A stretch of DNA of 54,001 nucleotides, the filler included, from Catajapyx aquilonaris (taxonomy: Eukaryota): the NCBI GenBank assembly GCA_000934665.2. It is 2 parts of 2 records of this genome, joined end to end, with 100 filler letters (N's around TTAATTAATTAA, not from the genome) between each part and the next. Parts side by side here need not be neighbours in the genome. Positions count along the whole stretch, not along the records: positions 27,006 to 54,001 come from JYFJ02005140.1; 1 more part is not named here. One strand, given 5' to 3'. This document shows positions 51,371 to 54,001 of this stretch, piece after piece. The notes beneath the pieces are model-generated. The model ran no database searches. It was not told where the DNA came from and was given only the letters and a program-made list of their open reading frames with translations. The stretch's first letter is position 1. Every line of letters begins with the position of its first letter. The translations under genes were made by a program, and so were the position numbers.

Positions 51371-51478
51371 ATATATAATAATAATAATTATAATATTAAT
51401 AATATTATAATAATATATATATAAATATATAAATATATAAATATATAAATATTAATAATAATAATAATAATAAATAAT
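51371..51478. repeat. AT-only low-complexity/microsatellite tract
   Basis: Mixed AAT and ATATAAAT units. Confidence 0.9.
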
Positions 51479-51542
51479 AGAGACGATTGGCATTTGATTC
51501 AAGTGCAAATTGCACTTGAGTAAAATGCAAAATCGTCTCTAT
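51477..51542. repeat. 66-bp imperfect hairpin (possible tiny MITE)
   Basis: ATAGAGACGATT..TCAAGTGCAA-A-TTGCACTTGA..AATCGTCTCTAT. Confidence 0.7.
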
Positions 51543-51989
51543 CCTTTTGGGCGACATAGTACGTTTGTGCCATGGAGGCAGTGGCGGATCGAGAAAATTT
51601 TCGGGGGGGGGNACAGGCGTCTTTGGGCCCACATTTGTAGCTGTTAGTGGTGCATGCAGAAATTACTCCGGGGGGGGGGGAGGGGGGATTTTTTCCAGTT
51701 CAAGGTCAAGGCAAAACGAAAAAGAACCCATATATAGAACAGTGCAATTTTTACAGTGCAAAAATTGCACTGTTCTTTTCGATGCAGCCTAGTCTCGTCA
51801 CCAGCAGGATGTAGTAGGTAGTCAAATGCGACCGAGGTGCCCATCGCACGCATGCCAATGCTAATGATAGCCTAATATTCCGTACTGCCAACCGTCCAGT
51901 ATGGCCTGTACTCTATAGGCCAGGATTTCTCAAAATGTGGCAAACTGGCAACACACCATACCAGTGCGCTGCCTCTACGTAGGCGGCAG

Positions 51990-52277
51990 AGCACCGGTTT
52001 CCGTACCCGAAATGAAACCGCTTACCCAGGTTCCGATATGTTTTGTTCCCGAAACGATTACCCTTATCCGCCGGAACGAAACTAAAACAGAATGAGAAGG
52101 AGATTCGTTACGGACTGCCTTTCAGTTCCTAAGAATCGTTTAGTTTCCGTAACAAAACAGAACGTGGTCCGGCTAATATAGTTTCGTTTCCGAACCGACA
52201 TGGTATAGCTAACATGTTTGGTTTCGTTTCCGACGGAACGAAACTTTTCTTTCGTTTAGTTTAGTATTGCAGTCCTG
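51990..52277. mobile_element. hAT-like end fragment with GAAAC/GTTTC subterminal motifs
   Basis: Dense gaaac, gtttc and gttcc motifs ending in GCAGTCCTG (CAGGACTGC on the minus strand). Confidence 0.35.
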
Positions 52278-52519
52278 GTATTATTGATAGCCTCTGAGCA
52301 AAATACAGGGTGTTTCACTGTATAGTCCCCCCAAAGAAACGGATATATTTTTCTTCCTACTCTACCTATAAACGTGATGTTTGGTTTAAAAGTTACCTTA
52401 GTTCATGGGAATGTAACATCATTCCCAATAAATGCTGGGATTGACCTTCAACAACCTCAATACGCACTCAAACGCGACTCGACGCTCCTTATTATCGAAG
52501 ATCCTCCGCAGCATATCGA

Positions 52520-52520
<1 letters not shown>

Positions 52521-52563
<43 letters not shown>
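52521..52563. repeat. (ATT)n microsatellite
   Basis: Directly visible. Confidence 0.95.
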
Positions 52564-52564
<1 letters not shown>

Positions 52565-53560
52565 TAGCGGACCCGTAGCCAAAATTTGGCAAAACCTGCA
52601 ATGAGGACAATGGGAATGAAACAAATGGGATGAGAGGCCTCTCGGAGTGACAACTAAGAAATAGCGTATATCTGGTCGTAAGACGGGGTTGAAAATTTTA
52701 GTGGCATTGAATCAGTGGACATACTGTAGGCTATACTTCTTGAGTCGGACATGAGAAATGTCTTTTTCATAAAACCTCGCGATATACAACATTCTGTGTA
52801 AAGACTCTGTTGATGGAGAGCAATGTTCCTTGTTGAGCAGTAGGAGTAGTGAATACTTTGACCTGACTTGGGTTGCGAGACCGGGACAGTGCCACATACA
52901 GCTCGCCATGTGACTCGGACCTCCAGAAAATGAATAGCTTCGTCGGGAATGGATTGGGTTAGAGGATGGCGTGCTAAGCGATGAGCTGCAGCGTCTGCCT
53001 GACGAATTATGTCCAGGGACTCCTGACTTTGCTTTGCTAGCCATCTAGCCTCGCGTCCCTTAGCCATCCGACGCTTTCTAGCAATGGGATCCTCCTCCTC
53101 GTCCATTGTGCAGGTTGTGAGGATATGAGGCACTGAGCAGGTTGTGAGGACGTAAGGTACTGACCACCGACAGAAATAAAGCGACCATACTCTCCAAGCT
53201 GCGCAGTGAGAAGTGAGCCACTGACCCACCCCACCCAACCCACAACCCGCCGCGCCGCCCCCTACCCCCGGCCTGATGATTTAGTGCCGTGATGAGAAGG
53301 TGGCGGCACTCACCCGGGGCCTGTATTGGCGGGAAAGGAAATAGGTGGCAGTTAGGACTTTTGGCGGGAAGGGGAACAGGCGGCCAGATGAATTAGTGCC
53401 GTGATGAGAAGGTGGCAGCACTCACCCGGGGCCTGTATTGGCGGGAAAGGAATTAGGTGGTAGTTAGGACTTTTGGGCTGGAAGGGGAAAAGGCGGCCAG
53501 ATGAATTAGTGCCGTGACTTAGTGCCGTGACTTAGTCGTGACTTAGTGCCGTGATTAGTG
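52564..53560 (-). mobile_element. Helitron-like element remnant with a charged N-terminal ORF fragment
   Basis: Minus-strand 3' end CGGGTCCGCTAG|T at 52564. Minus ORF MDEEEDPIARKRRMAKGREARWLAKQSQESL..AAAHRLAR followed by Cys motifs (ECC..RG) resembles RepHel N-termini. 5' end unresolved. Confidence 0.5.
53281..53560. repeat. ~112-bp tandem duplication plus TTAGTGCCGTGA mini-array
   Basis: TTAGTGCCGTGA at 53281, 53393 and 53506, then several short repeats to about 53560. Confidence 0.9.
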
Positions 53561-54001
53561 TCGGATCCGTGAAGTGGCATGGACGCCAAAGATCACGTGA
53601 CCTTTACGGCCTCTACCTGATTCTATCTCGTTGGGCGGACGGTAAAATTATTTAGTGCGGAAGGGTGGCGGTAGATGGCAGCAGTCACAGTCACGACAGT
53701 TCCTAAGCGCTTTCCGCCAAGACCGGTAGGTGGCGTAGGTGGCAGCACTGGCGTAAGGTGACTAGATAGAAAAGGTGGCGTCAACCTTTGAAGTGAGCTG
53801 TGCCGCCAACGGGGCTCTCTGATTGGTCCAGCCCGTTTCCTTTCCCGCCACCGGCCATTTTGGGTCGAAACTCCTTCGCCCTCTTCGCGGGAAAGCATGT
53901 CGGTAGCAGTGCGCTGGTGTGGTCAGTGAGCTCCCAGGCAAGAATAATAATTCATTATGCTCGGGTGTTGCGCGGTGGGCTGCACTAACAGTACCGAAAA
54001 G

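Noticed and set aside
51736..51776. 17-bp-arm hairpin as a terminator or ncRNA
   Set aside because: No upstream gene and a eukaryotic context; most likely a local inverted duplication within TE debris.

Overview
Repeat-rich, gene-poor eukaryotic DNA, most likely arthropod/insect (inferred from the Sin3A sequence and the SINE, MITE and Helitron styles). A 100-bp artificial joint (44 N + TTAATTAATTAA + 44 N, 26906-27005) splits the window, so the two halves may not be neighbours in vivo. The only long ORF is an intron-free Sin3A-like corepressor (in-frame ATG 30004, stop 33522). It looks like a diverged retrocopy: many normally conserved residues are changed in PAH1, PAH3 and the HDAC-interaction region, while PAH2 and the C-terminal region look canonical. 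The rest is transposon-derived: three tRNA-derived SINEs with TSDs, decayed LINE fragments (RTE-like, CR1/L2-like, RNase H, R2-like), many MITEs (TA, TTAA, 3-bp and 8-bp TSD classes, some nested three deep), a THAP-bearing element, Helitron ends, satellites and microsatellites. Structural oddities include a ~3.2-kb spacer-less palindrome, two pairs of back-to-back hairpins with 1-nt centres, and strong enrichment of TAGGCCTA, a probable excision footprint. No CRISPR, rRNA or prokaryotic system is supported. All family assignments come from visual motif recognition, not database searches.
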